Shown here: positions 1 to 13,800 of the stretch, one piece after another
Numbering within the stretch: the stretch's first letter is position 1
Layout of the letters: each line of letters starts with the position of its first letter
Assembly: GCA_965235115.1 (NCBI GenBank)
Contig: OZ249452.1
Coordinates: 12,834,001 to 12,898,000 of the forward strand
Source of the DNA: Laetmonice hystrix
Lineage: Eukaryota
Reading direction: 5' to 3'
Length of the DNA: 64,000 nucleotides
The notes under the pieces: generated by a model
The model's input: the letters and a program-made list of their open reading frames with translations, nothing else
The model's database searches: none
What the model was told of the DNA's origin: nothing
Translations under genes and position numbers: made by a program

Positions 1-1876
1 TTGGATTTGGGTTTCCCTGGTATGCTGACAATCACACTTTCAGTGTAACTTGATGGTTCCCAATGCCTCTCATGGCTTGTCGATGATTTTCGGACAACTG
101 TTTCCTCACTTACAAACTTTGATTCAATATCTGATTTCAAAACTGTTGAGTGATCATCACTTGTTCTTTGTTTACGGACTGATGCGGGGGAGTAAACAAT
201 CGGTATCACCTTGAGTTCAGTCTGCCTGACTGGCAGGGTATAAAGGACCTGCACTTTCTGAGGTTTCCTGCCTGGTACATGTACAACCATGGTCTCAGAG
301 TAAGAGTCATAGCTATCCTTGGCACCCTGGCCTGTTGTAACTTTCTTGTGCTCAGTCCTCTTCGTCTCAGTTCTTCTAGTTTCTGAGAACTGCGCTGGAA
401 TACGTTGAGTGGGTATTGGGTGGTGGACCGGAATGTTGGTCTGTGGAGGTAGTGCTGCCACCTCAGAGATTGGTTCTCTCATAATTATAGTGTCTGGCGT
501 ACTCACATCCATTGACTCAGCCCGGTCTATCCTGGGCTCTGTCCCAACGAGACGGGGTCTTAAACTCTGGGCCCCTACCGGTTCAACCGGTTGAACGTAC
601 TCAGAGGGGATGTAGTACATTTCAGGTCCAGAACTGGTGATTGTTACATTGACATCTCTTTTTTCGACATACTTCACCTCTTCCACTTTATCCTCAAAAG
701 AAACTGGGATTTCCTTTAGTGGAGGACTGACAGTCATCACAGCATGCTCCTCTGGGTTTTCAGAGACCTCCATGTTGATCGTGGCAAGCTGTTCAATTGG
801 TAGTTTTGTCTCTTTTTTTGCCGAAAGTATCGCTTTAATTTCATCTTCTTCTGCTTCAGCCTCATCTGGTTCCCACAGAACCACCTCTTCAGTCACTTCA
901 GAAACTTCGACATTCTTGGCCTCTGTGCATGGTTGAAGAACGATTTCAGATTCTTCTGAGGGGAAGCGGACCTCAAATGGAACGCCCTTATCGCCCTCAG
1001 TTTCTTCATACTCCGAGTCAGTTTGGACCTCGACATGGGACATCTTCTTGGGACGCTTTATAGAAATTCTTTCTGTGGGTTTGACTAAGACTGTCATCTG
1101 CTCCGTTCTTGGCTGGATTACCATGGTAACCCCATGGTCTACAGGAGGACCTTGAAGTGACCTTTGTTGAGTGGTTGTTACAGTTTCGTGTTTCTCCGTT
1201 TGCTTCTTCATTTCATAGCATTCATGGATTCGCATTGAGCCAGGGGCCCATGTTTCAAGTGTAGATGAAGTGTTGGTCAACTCAACCAGACGGGAGCCAC
1301 CTGGTCGTATGATCTGAATTTGTTTTGAGGACCTTTTCAAAGGCTCCTTTTTCATTACACCTTCCACGTCAGACTCTGGGTATTCCACCACCGGACCTTT
1401 TGTATCAGGGGCAAGTTTTGTCACCTTAATGTGCTCAACCGGGATTTTAGTCATTTTGCCTTCAACATCTGAATCAGGCTCTTCAACGATTGGATGGACT
1501 TTCAGATGCTGTTTTATCTGGCCTCTGACGTCTTCTGTTTGGGTTTCGCTGCTCGTGTAACCATCTTCTGATGGTTCGGTGACTCGTAGCACTGCCATGG
1601 TTGTCGCACGACCTGAATCATTTGTCGCGACACACTTAAACAATCCAGAGTCATCCACAAATGTCTCTGGTATACGAAGCTTGCACAGTCCTGTCCTCCG
1701 ATTATAACTTATACGATAGTATGGATTCTCCTCAACACAAGTGTCATCCTGGAACCAGGAAACCTCTGGAACTGGGTTTCCCTGTACGACACAGGTCAAG
1801 GAAATCTCTGTCCCATCTTTGGTCGTCACCGTCTCCATCTGCTCGATGAACGTCGGCAGGAACGTTCCGTCAGTCC
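1..1876 (-). CDS. sls: Giant exon, partial: Ig25 and PEVK-like linker running off the window
   Basis: ctccag acceptor in phase 1; Ig25 (DGTEISLTCVVQGNPVPEVSW...DDSGLFKCVATN); frame open to position 1, which explains its absence from the ORF track. Confidence 0.92.
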
Positions 1877-4800
1877 CTGGAGATTTTTGTTCGCATGGCA
1901 AGAAAGAATCAGATTATAAGGCTCTGTTCTGATTAGGTGTACATCTAGAAAGTAGGCCATGCATTAGTTGAGTGACCTACCTCTAGGGTGCTGCCTCTAT
2001 CGGCCCTCTAAAGGCATTACTGTACACAGGCATGTATGCATACTAAGAGTAGCAGTTATAAGTAGCCTAGTGTACTACATCAGCCTTGGGCCTGTTGAAC
2101 CAATATATCTACCATTGGTTGAATGACTATAGTTTCAGTACTGTCAGCGTCTTCCTATGTCATGATAAATGCACCAGCGACACAACACAACTCTTCAGTA
2201 TATTGGATCAGTCTAAAAGTACCACATGCACATGAGTGAAAAGTAATATTCTGGTGGCCAACGACACGCATCAACCACGACCTTATGTACTTTTCATACC
2301 TCTCCAAGAAGGCCTAAGAGCTACCTTAATTCATTCCTTTAAGCTGTACATTACTCAAGTTTCATTGACACTAGTCCTACCCGTTCTAATAACTAAAGCA
2401 TGCCTGAAGAACCAAAATATACAATAGAAAAGAACCGATGTGGAAGAGAATTATACACCACCTAAACATCAGACATTGAATTGGTCTATAAAAGGAAATA
2501 GAACCCACCATAGCGTCAACATACTTAAAGTTCAAAGCCTGAGGAGGAAATTCTTGCAACACTTGAACAGACATTTTGAGCAAAAAATGATTTCAGAATG
2601 TCAACCAACAAAAATGAAGATGACCTTGACCTTCTGACCCAATGTGACCCAGATAAAAGACCATGACCTGTCTGACCTTATGCTGCATCTGACCATGCTA
2701 TGACACAGAGAGTGACAAAGTTGACACAGACCCTACTTGAACTTTGACACGCTTTCATAATGGTTCGCACATCATGTTGTTATCAATGTTCCTTCAGAAT
2801 GGAATGCGCCACACATTATTCAATTATGGTAAAAAACACATTTGTTTCCAAGTTGACTATGGACAGTTGGTAGGGGCATGGAACAGATGGAATGCTAAGC
2901 TCCATGCATCAACAGAATATCTGGAACTTTTCAAGTTCTTCTGATGTTGCATTTGGCATCATGCCGGATGTATTAAGACCACAATTTTTAAAAAGCCGAT
3001 TTCGTAGGAAGCCAGAGTATGTAATTGTACTCTTGATGCTCCGTAGTCGTTACACTGTACGAATCTTAGCTTTTCCTTGTAACTGAAGACTGGATATAAC
3101 GTTGATTCGATAATATCAAAATACTTGGTTGAAATGATGGAATATGAAATGCCAGTATCGGTACTTGGGAGGGAACACTCAGGTATACAAATTTCAAAGT
3201 TACTTTAATATGTCAGGACTATTGGAATTCCGTTTTGTTTTGTTAAGATTTAGGGTCACTTAAGCTTTGGCAAGTGTGTGCGTGTATCACCTCAAATAAG
3301 TAAAACACCCATGCAGGAAAATTAAGTGTAAAAGGAAAATAATCATATTACATGTCCCAAAGTAAAATAAATTCGAAAGGCCGGCAATAGTTTTGTTTAG
3401 CAATTGAAAAAAGAAGCTGCGAGGCTATATCTACTCTCAAACAGAAATAAATAAAACAATTTAAACACTGATATATATCGTTTTGAGAAAACTATATAGC
3501 CGTAATTAAAACAAAAGTGCACAGAAATAAATATCAAGACTGGATCAACATAACATAAATTTCTTCCGAGATCAAAACGACAGCCATTGAAAACAAAAGA
3601 ATGGAATTTTAGAAATCAAGGTTTCTCCCTTTCTGTGTCTTGCATTATTTTCTGTTTACTTTTGTTTTTAAGTTTATGTTTAAGTCCGTTTAGGTGGTCG
3701 CAAACGCAGGGACTTAGGTCACATCTGATTATTGAGCAGCCATTCACTGAACATGGCTTCAGCATCACGTAATTAGCTGTGGTGTGATAGGAGGTTACTT
3801 GGACCTTTATACTTACGCACAACAACAAGATTTGAAGTACTGTTGGCCCGACTAATAGAATTGGTAGCCTGACATGTGTAATTGCCTTGATCACTGTCTT
3901 GGACATCATAAATATCCAATGTCGTTTCCTGAGTTTCTTTGTCAAAATGTATATGGACTCGGTCAGATTGCTTCATCTCCCGCCGGTCCAATAACCACTT
4001 CACCTTTGGGAGTGGCTTTCCGCTGACAATAGCGGAGAACTGAGCATGATCTCCATCACGCACCACTAGAGGGCGTGTGGGTTGCTCAAAATGGGCCGGA
4101 GCCAGGGTCGGGTCGTCAAGAACGCCCCAAGTACGAACCTGGACGGACTTTTCTTCCTCGATTTCCATAGTGGGTTCCGAGGTTTTTTCCCTCGTGGTTT
4201 CATCTGTGGTGGTCTGTTCAGCAGACATTTCATGGTCACTTTTGAATATGTGTTCGCGGATTTCCCGCTCTTTAGCCTCATCAAGTTTCCGTTGCTCGGC
4301 CTGCCTGCGGAGGACCTCCTCCACGGCGGCGTTAGAGTCAGTGCCAGTTTGGGACTGCGTTTTTGTCATTTCTGTTGTATGCGTCATACTCCGAGTCTGC
4401 GTGATCTCGGATCTATGCTCCATTTCTTCGACTGGCATCTGCTCCTGCGTTTGCTGCGTAACCATGGCAATCTCTATGGTGACAGGTTCGGGAGGCCTGT
4501 CGATTACCAAAGTTTCGGAATATCTCCTCTCCCCCTGGCTCTCGGGGAGCTCCAGGACCATTCTCCGTCCTGGTCTCGTGAGCTGTGACACCTGCGTTGG
4601 GGACTCGACAGGACGCCGGCGTCTCTTGGGTCGGTGTTCCCGCACCTTGGTGACGAGTTCAGTTTTGTGAGCTAGTGCGAGATCTGGCGTCGACATGGCT
4701 AAGGGTACAGGCTTCCTCACAAGCTCCTCTGCCTCGGCAGTGGTTTTAAGGGTAGGGCGGGTAAGGCTCGGGGGAACATCGACCATCACAACAACTTCTT

Positions 4801-7800
4801 CTCTCGGCCGTTCCTTGGCCGGAAGTTTAAGTGTCACAGAATGTCGTCTTTCTTCTGAATCTCCAGCGGGAGGTTGAAGCATGGACTTTGTGGTTTTTGT
4901 GGTTCGTTTGCTGCGCCGGTATAATTGGTCGTCACTCGTACTCGTTTCACTAGTGCAAGTATATCCATCAGAGGGAACAGTCACAATCAGCTGCGTCACT
5001 GTGCTGTTATCTCCTATGGTATTTGAAGCAACACACTTGTACACACCAGTATCCTCTGGGAAACATTCACCAATTAAGAGTTCACAAATTCCTGTTTGTG
5101 GCTCATATCGCCATTGCATGTCACCGTTTAGATCGATCACTTTGCCGTTGTGGTACCAGGTGATTTCAGGCGTGGGTCGGCCAGTGACCCGACATGTCAG
5201 GACTACCTTCTCTCCGTCAAGGGCACGCAAAGGTCGAAGCTGCTCAGTGAAAATTGGAGCCTCCATTCTCTCGATTGTATATCCCGTTATCTCCGCCGCA
5301 GCGGCTGCAGATAAAGCAAGTCAAACTTCTCTTTGAGTGGGAAGGCACACTCTGACTGGAGAACCCGGGATTAAAACATGCTTGCTGTCCACACACAGGT
5401 AACGGACAGACGGTGGGGGGAGTTTTATGCCATAATCTTAAAAACAGTTACACTCTTTATTCAAGATCTTTTATTTGTGGAGAAGAAATCCAAACAAAAT
5501 TATAACGATTTTTTGGGGGTTGTGCAAAAAGATTCCAAAACCAGTGTGTCATCTATGATTAAATTCAAAAGGGCCAATCTCATCAAGATTTTATAGTCAT
5601 AATATTCAATTCAAAAATTACTGAGACTTTATCTACATTTTTTATCCCTGATATATCAAGAAGTACATCCTGATGTGATTTACGTTGCCAAGGCAACCAC
5701 TGACATTAAAGTTCAGCATGTGGTTCCATGGCAACCATTGCATCAAATATTTGCAGTCAGTATCTGTGCTGGGAAAAGCTTTGCAGTCAAGCTCATGAAT
5801 AATTAATATTTAATTGAGAACATTTTTAAAATGGTTTAACAGGAGTTAAACTAATACAGGTCTTCTGGTTTTGGAGGTTTCTTTGCAGGGTTCAGGAATT
5901 GGGGATGAGGTGTTGTGCCATGCAATTCATCCAAAGTCCAGTCTTTGTATCTTTATCCACAGAAATGCTGGCATTTAGCAAACATATCTGTGCAATATCC
6001 ATGTGTTTGGAAGCACATGGATACTAAGTCTTATAAACATCCGTTGCTTTACTGATCGGTCTTAATTCACAAACACAAAGCATTGCAGCTATTCCTTAGT
6101 CCAGTGGGCAATACTTTATATTTGTAACAGTAGCGACAGTGTACATGACACACGGATACATAGCTCTGTCCTGAAGTTCACTTTGACAGAACTGAGCATC
6201 TGTGTGGGGAAGACGTAGTACACCTAGCATACGCTCCGTCTGGCTGGAGCTATGCGCACACCCTCGTCACGAAGGAAGCGACTGTAGCCTTTGTAAGTAT
6301 CGGGGCAGAGTGACAAACTAACCAGACACTCTTTCCATACTTGCAAATTCTCTCTCACGAATCATTTCATAGTTCCTCTCTCAGTTTCCAACGGTATCAC
6401 AGAGATAGAACTTAGAGGTCAACATCACCCAGATTGCTGTTTATTGCAAATACCAAGCTGTATCTACAACAAGGTAAGGCAAAGAAAAACAATGAAGACA
6501 AAATAACAATAACTAGGACAGAACACATGAAGGGGGATGGGTGACCAACATCTTGGTTTTGTTTTTTGACATCACAGGACATGGACATATTTCATGGAGG
6601 AAAAAGTAAATAAACGGACATGAAGTCACACTTTCTACTCGACGGTGAATGAAAGATGAGGGTTAGACAGAGGACACAGCATGGCCAGATCCAGAAACGT
6701 TCGACGCAGCTCTAGATGCTCCAACTTACCGCCACTATAGAATTCATGCCAATTCATGATATCCCAATACGACACGGACTACGCAATTTGAACCCTGTTA
6801 AAATTTGCTGCATGGCAAACGTTTTCTTTTGCCTACTCTACAGACTGTTAGACAGACACGAAACGCAAGTATTTCACGGTGAGTATAACTTGCTAGACGG
6901 AACAAGACAGAAACCAATTATCAATTAAGTACATACCTCCTTAGAAAGGTCAAAGGTCAAGGGTCACAACTTGATGTCAACTCCAGAGCACCCCTTCATC
7001 TGTTAGGTCATGTTCATATGGCAGTCAAGTGGAATGAACTGTAGTCTTACAGCTTGTAACGCGAAATCTGATTGGCTATTTGATTTTAAAATCAGCCAGT
7101 CAGATTACCTGTCGTGACAGTGCTGCTTGGTCAAAACAGGTGCTTGTATTCATAAACCACAACAAAATGTATGTGTTTGTGCAGAACAGAAAAGTCACTT
7201 TCACTCACAAAATTTCTCAAGATTTTCTGTGTAATAAATGACCATGGGAATACAAATTCTGTGACTGTTCTGTTTTCATGCATCCCAGTCTACAACAGGA
7301 ACTTTCCGTGCTCTGGAGCCACATCCTTGAGACAACGACTAGTGCCACCTAGTGGTCATCTCTGGTTGGTCTCTCGACTTTGAGGAACGAATAAACAAAG
7401 ACGTGAACATACACTCAACCCAACATTGCATGCCACATGCGACAAAGCTAGACTGACTGTACTATATTGATAGACAGGAAACAACTACTGCCACCTACTG
7501 GCCAACAACAGACACGGGCAACATGGAAAATTCACGTTTCTTCCTTACAAAAGGGGGTCTACAGATAGACAAAACTTACAGTGTCTTACAAATGAGCAAT
7601 TAGAAACATCGAAAAACTACAATGAAATAAAGTTGTAATACGTCACAATAGTGAGTCAGAATAAATGTTTCGAAAACGTAAATTGTAAAATTTCTAGAGA
7701 GATAAATATCTCACAGAAAAGCTGTCCGTGAATCATAGTAGTAAAGTTCTGTGTGGATTTGAAAAAGGATTGGTAAAGGTTTTCTTGGCAAAGGTTACAG

Positions 7801-10800
7801 TATGTGCCTGTCTCTAACTGAGTCTTCAGCCTAACTGTTGATTGGAAGTAAGTCAAGCAAGTACTCACGGACGACAACGGTGTTTGCGGTACAGGTGGCC
7901 CGACCCGCCGTGTTGGATGCCCGACATGAGTAGACACCAACGTCCTCCTGTGTAGTCTGACGGATGGTCAGCGAACAGGTCATCGTCTGAGGGTTGAACA
8001 CCATCGTCATACGATCATCTGGAACCATTTCCTTCTTGTCCTTCAACCAGTCGATGGTCGGTGTCGGGGCGCCGGTGACGGTCGCCTCAAAGACGCAGTC
8101 CTGGCCCTCCTTGACGACCTGTGGTTGGATGGGTTTGGAGAACCGCGGTGGCTCACCACTCTCTTTCTTCACGATCTTCTTGATGACCTTGACCTCTTTG
8201 TGAGTCACGGTTTCTCCATGGAGGATGTTCTGACCTGTGATGTCCAGCTCCTGTTTACGGATGATCTTCGTCTCTCTCTGCGCATCGACCTCGTCCTTCG
8301 GTCTGGGGACAATCATGTCCTCCTCGACTGGTCTACCGGCCATGGCAGGAGCTACCTGGACCTCAGTGACCATTGGTTCAAAGTCACGGATACCAGCACC
8401 TCTTGGTTTGGGGATGGAATCCCTCTTGACCTCGACAGGGATCACTTGGGGCTCCCCGGGTTTCCGGACGGTCAGGTTCCCTGACGTAACTGCAGTTCCC
8501 GATGAATTCCTTGCGACACACTTGAATGTTCCCTTATCGTCTGGCAGACACTCGACAATGAGACAATCGGTTTTGCCAGTTTTGCGATCGTAGTTGAGGA
8601 CAAAATCTTCACTCCTGTCTATACACTTGTTGTTGTGGAACCAGGAAACGTTTGGCTGGGGTTTACCTGTCACTGTACACGACAGAACCACCTCATCCCC
8701 ATCCACAGCGGAGCGATCAGCCAGGTCAACTAGGAACTTTGGCGGCTCGGGAGCCTCTGTTAACACAAATAAGAAACAAATAAATTGGTTTATTTTTTAC
8801 CTTTTTTCAAAATTGAATTTTTATCCAAACTGGCTAAACTTATAACTCAATTTCCTTAATATTCTACGTCAATTTTCCGATCTATATTCCCTTACAAAGT
8901 TTTTCGCATCCAACAGTTGGTAGTTCCTCCATGGTAAAATTTCCACGAAAAAAACCCAATACCATTCCTAACCTTAACCTATACCCCTCATTCTGTGGGT
9001 ACGTTACCTGTTACGTTCTGTGGGGAATATCTCTACACTTACCAAGCACATAGAGTGTTGTACTGCTGACAGCCTCGCCGACATCAGAAACAGCTCGGCA
9101 TGTGTAGACTCCTGTATCAGAGCCGGTGCACTCATTGACCTGAAGCACAGACTTGGTTCCCTCCAGAGAGACGACGTATTTTGGTGACGGTTTGATGAGC
9201 ATGCCGTTCACATGCCACGTGATCCGGGGTGGTGGGTAGGCCTGGATCTCGCATTCCAACCTGTATTACAATGGTATATGCAAATATCAGTAAGGGACGG
9301 GAGAAAGTATTGAATAATACTTCTACCCCTTATATGACCATCTGGTTGCTGGCTAATATATTAGAGATAAGATATTCATCTGATAAATTAGGTACAAATA
9401 TCATCATTTTCCAAGGAAACTGGGTAAAAGGCAATCGTCTTTTTCAATTCAATGGAAAATATCAGATTTTTCCCAAATATTTCGCAAGGAAATATACCCA
9501 AAATGATAAAATTAGTGGCTCTGACTGACCTTGCGATACCCCTGTCGGTGACCCTGATTTCGGGGTCAAGAGGTCGGAGGAAGGTCGGGCATATTTCAGT
9601 TGTTGTAGTTGTCGTCCTCTTCTCTGTAGTCACTGTACGCTTCGTCATGGCGATCGACACTTCCTGTGTCCCTGTTGGCAACTCCACGACCTTTTCTGAA
9701 GCTGCAGATCCCAAAGTACGTTATGTTATTTTGTAATTTTCAAAAATTCAGTGAAATATGAAAAAGTGTCAAAATATGCCGATTACTCCTTTCATCCACT
9801 GGCCTTACTTTACTCATTCCCGATGGTCAAAACCTTGATCCCTTTGGTCAAACATTTACGGTAGTAAGAACCTAACCTAATCATAACCCCTACTCCCACT
9901 CCAAAGACTTCCCAACGAAATGTTCCCTGTCGCTAGCCCCGCCTCTAACCCTAAACCGTTCCTCCAATTTCGAGAAATAACCCATTTTGTAAGGAGAATC
10001 CAGAGAACCATACGTGTGATGTTGAGCGTGGTTTTCCAGTTGATCTCGCCGAGATCATTGCTTGCCCGGAGGATGTAATCGCCGGAGTCAGACGGCTGAA
10101 CGTTAAAGATGATCAGCGTGATGACTCCGTTGTCATAGGCAACCTTAAATCTCTGTGACGGCTGGACTTGTCTGCCGTTGGCAAACCACGTGAAGCGGGG
10201 TGGCGGGTATGCTGCCACGTGTACGATCAGCCTGAAAATACAACCAGTTTCTTTGTGCAAGCTGTCTATCTCATCAAAATATCATGATCGAATCCGAAAC
10301 AAAGTAAGAGATTTCCTATGCATTTTCCAATGTTTCCAGAGCATTTGTTTGCAAACTCATCTGCTTACAAAAAAAGATTTTACCATACAAGTGCATGTTT
10401 AGTTTCAGGGGTTCATAAAGCGCTTAAATTCAAGACGCGGGGCTGGTAATGGTTGTTACACAGGGATAAAAATATAAAGAAATCTCCAAAAGTTCATGTA
10501 CGTGTCAGAGTTGTGGGTTGACTCACTTGGTGGTGTTTCCAGCTTTGACTTCCCTGACTGGTGATGGTGCTTTGACAAGTTGAGGAGGCTGAGCCTTTGG
10601 ACCAACCTTCAACTGTGCAGAGGAAATCTTCTTCACATCTGAAAAAATCATATTTCCCAGTAAAAAATAGGGTCTTCCACTTTTTTCTGAAGCCATAAAG
10701 TTTTTTCGTACGGATATTTAAGGTAATATTCGTAAATACTGTTCAGATCTCTTAGTAAGTGAGTATTTACGTGCTCATTTCAAATGAACTCAAGGAATAT

Positions 10801-13800
10801 ACTACATACTAAGAACAGGGTTAGTGGATAAAACAGAGGGAATAACTTACCATACGTGTCAGAGTTCTTCATCCTTGTTTAGATGCATGCGGCGGGAAGG
10901 GTCACACCAAGGTCATCAAAAAACAGCCGGCGAAAAAACACATTCCATGCTTTTTGTACTACATGCTTCTTGGAGTAATTCAAGGCACCTTATGTAGAAA
11001 CTAAGTGACTTAAGCATCGCTTAAGTGACTTAAGCATCACAATCTTGTCATAAAATCTCAGGCCGGAATAAATACTTTTTACAAACTACTTATCAAGTGT
11101 AGAAGATATAGCTTTTGAAAGGCATACAGAAACTGTCTCTTGGCAAAATATGTTTCACAGATTTTATGATAATCATTTTTTCACTCCTTCCATTTGACTG
11201 ACCTATCAAAGATTACCCGACATACACTACCACACAACTAACATTCTATCACACATGCCAATCACAACTCAACCTTCCACCCCTGGCCCAATCTTAATGA
11301 ACTGATCCTACTGAATGAGTGGATCGTTCAAAGATGGCCAGGAGGGGAGGACAAGGTGATTCAGATATCACAGCACACTCATGGGTTCTTGTCATGCAGT
11401 GTTGTCATATGTAATTACTGTGGTGTGTTTAACAAACAAAGTCAGATGTGTGTCAATGCAAGGGAACAACTCAAACTGAAGAGAAAAATAACGGATCCTA
11501 TATCCAGACATCATAACTTTCCACTTCATGCCCTCTGGACTTTTCAAATATTTTTCAAATACAAAAAAACAACCAAAGTAGTCATGCCTTCCAAGTCTTA
11601 CTGAGAAAACTCCATGCTCTCTCTCTGTGGGAAGGCACATGCCAGTGTCGTGTGGTATAAAAGTAACCTTCAACTGACCTTCAACGACAAGTTCTGCCGA
11701 TGACTCTGCGACGCCTGCTGGATTGAAAGCGCGGCAAGTGTAGATACCCGAGTTAGTGGTGGTCGTCTTCCTTACAGTGAGCACGTGGCGATTGAATTCC
11801 TGAGTGAGCTGTAACAGAAACATTTACCTCTCTGACAGAGTCTCTCCGTTTATCAGTACTATGACGTCATCAATACGTCATACTCGGAATATTGACCAAT
11901 GAATGCTTCAAGAAACCTTTACTTCCCAGCAGAGATGTTGAGATGTTGAGTCTGGGGGTTCGCTGAGGTTTGGGACTAAGTTTAAAGTTCACACTTCCAA
12001 ATTTGGTGATATATTACCATGGGGGGTTTACCCTGTACACCCATACCTGGAACTCTGGAGACTGGTGGATCTGGCGTCCCTCACGGAACCACATGACTTC
12101 TGGTGGTGGCTGGCCAGCAACGACTGCTTCAAACCGAGCCGTCTGACCATCACGGCTGTCAACACCTGTGATTGGTTTCACAAAGCGGGCAGCTTCCATT
12201 CTGTGGTCGATCTCTGGCTCACTGAACATGGCTGAAACATAACACAACATCTCTATGTACAACAAAACTGATATGTAAAAATCATAGAACACTATAACAA
12301 CTACAGTGTGAGAAATGGAGACTTTGTATTTAAAACATACAAGTGCGTTAATTACCTTTGACCTTGAGGTGAGCGATACATGTCACCTCACCAGCCTGGT
12401 TCCGGGCTGTACACTTGTATATTCCCTCGTCCTCAGGGAATGCTCCAGCAATGTTGAGTGTGTGTGTACCGTTCTGTGACTTCATCTGGAAGTACTTGGA
12501 TGGCTTGATGACCGTGTTGTTATAGTACCACTGGACCACGGGGTCTGGAGAACCAAATCATTCAAAACCAAAATAAAAACATACATCCTCGGACTGTTAT
12601 TAATCACAATACTTTTTAATGTTTCATATTCATATAGAAAGTTCATTCATGCATCAGTTCACTGTTCATAATTATAATTCACAAAGCTGTTTTCCTGCTT
12701 TTATATACGTCATTTCACAGTTAAATGGTTTTAAATCACAAAATTCCTGATTATATTTAACAGCTCCTTTAGTACTCTGATTTGGCCTTACCCGGTGTTG
12801 CGACAATCTTGCAGACAAACGTAGCAGGGTTTCCTTCATCCACGTTTTGATCCCTGAGTGGATCGATCAGCTGTGGTGCCGTGTGCATCATTGGAACCTC
12901 AATGACCTTGGGAATAATGACCTCGACCTTTTGAACCACCAGCCGTGCCGAGCACGTGGCCTTGCCCATTTTGTTAGCCACCACACACTCGTATTTTCCG
13001 GCGTCGTTTTCCTTCACCTCGTAGATAAGCAGTGTGTAGTGATCCTCCTCCGTAATAAACTTCCAGCGACTTGATTCCGTCATGCGAACGTTGTCCTTGG
13101 CCCAGAAGATGTCTGGACGCGGATAGCCGCTTACCTGGCAGTCAAACGTGGCAGGTTCACCGACTTTCATTGTGACATCGTGCATCTGGACTCGGAACTC
13201 AGGCGGCGTCTCCTTCTCCTTGGCTGTGACGTCAGCTGTAAAGGTGAGGTCAAGGTCACTCCAAGGTCAAAATTACCATTTTTTCAAAAGATTTAACATG
13301 AAAACTAATTTTAATGTCATTTACTATAAAAGTACCACAATAAGAAACATCCATATCAATAATGAGACTGCAGCCACTGTTGCAGATACACTATTTATCA
13401 TATGAACAATCTGTGTATAAAATAGTATTTCTCTCTTTAGTTTGTTATTCCATGCGGTATCAAACTCAAAACAGTTAAACTAACAAAACACACATACCGG
13501 CGTCTCTGGTCGCTTTAGGCCGCCCGTATTTGACTACCGAGGGTGTGGGAACAAGACAGAGCATGCATTACCATTTCAACAAACCACTCAATGACAAACT
13601 TCACACAAGGTCAACCTGAGGAGGTCAGTCGGGGTCAGGGGAAAAATTTAAAAAACACAATGACCATCCTTGGAAACAAAATCAACTTTTCATCAGGTTT
13701 CAAGTCTTCACGCCCCTACATCATAACAATTAGCTCATCAAACTCTAAGTGTACATCAAAACCATTAAACCACTTGTCATGCTTTGACATTTTTTCACAT

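Noticed and set aside
409-5336. Plus-strand ORFs (for example 4077-4670, 4881-5336, 637-936)
   Set aside because: Antisense shadows of the minus-strand titin exons; no recognisable domains or splice structure.
6190-6460. Coding-looking patch in the intron between the Ig22 and Ig23 exons
   Set aside because: Stops in every minus-strand frame and no compatible splice pair; possibly a decayed repeat.
10851-10873. GTAAGT donor preceded by a short AG-bounded segment
   Set aside because: 23 nt, not frame-preserving, and an immediate TGA in the required phase.
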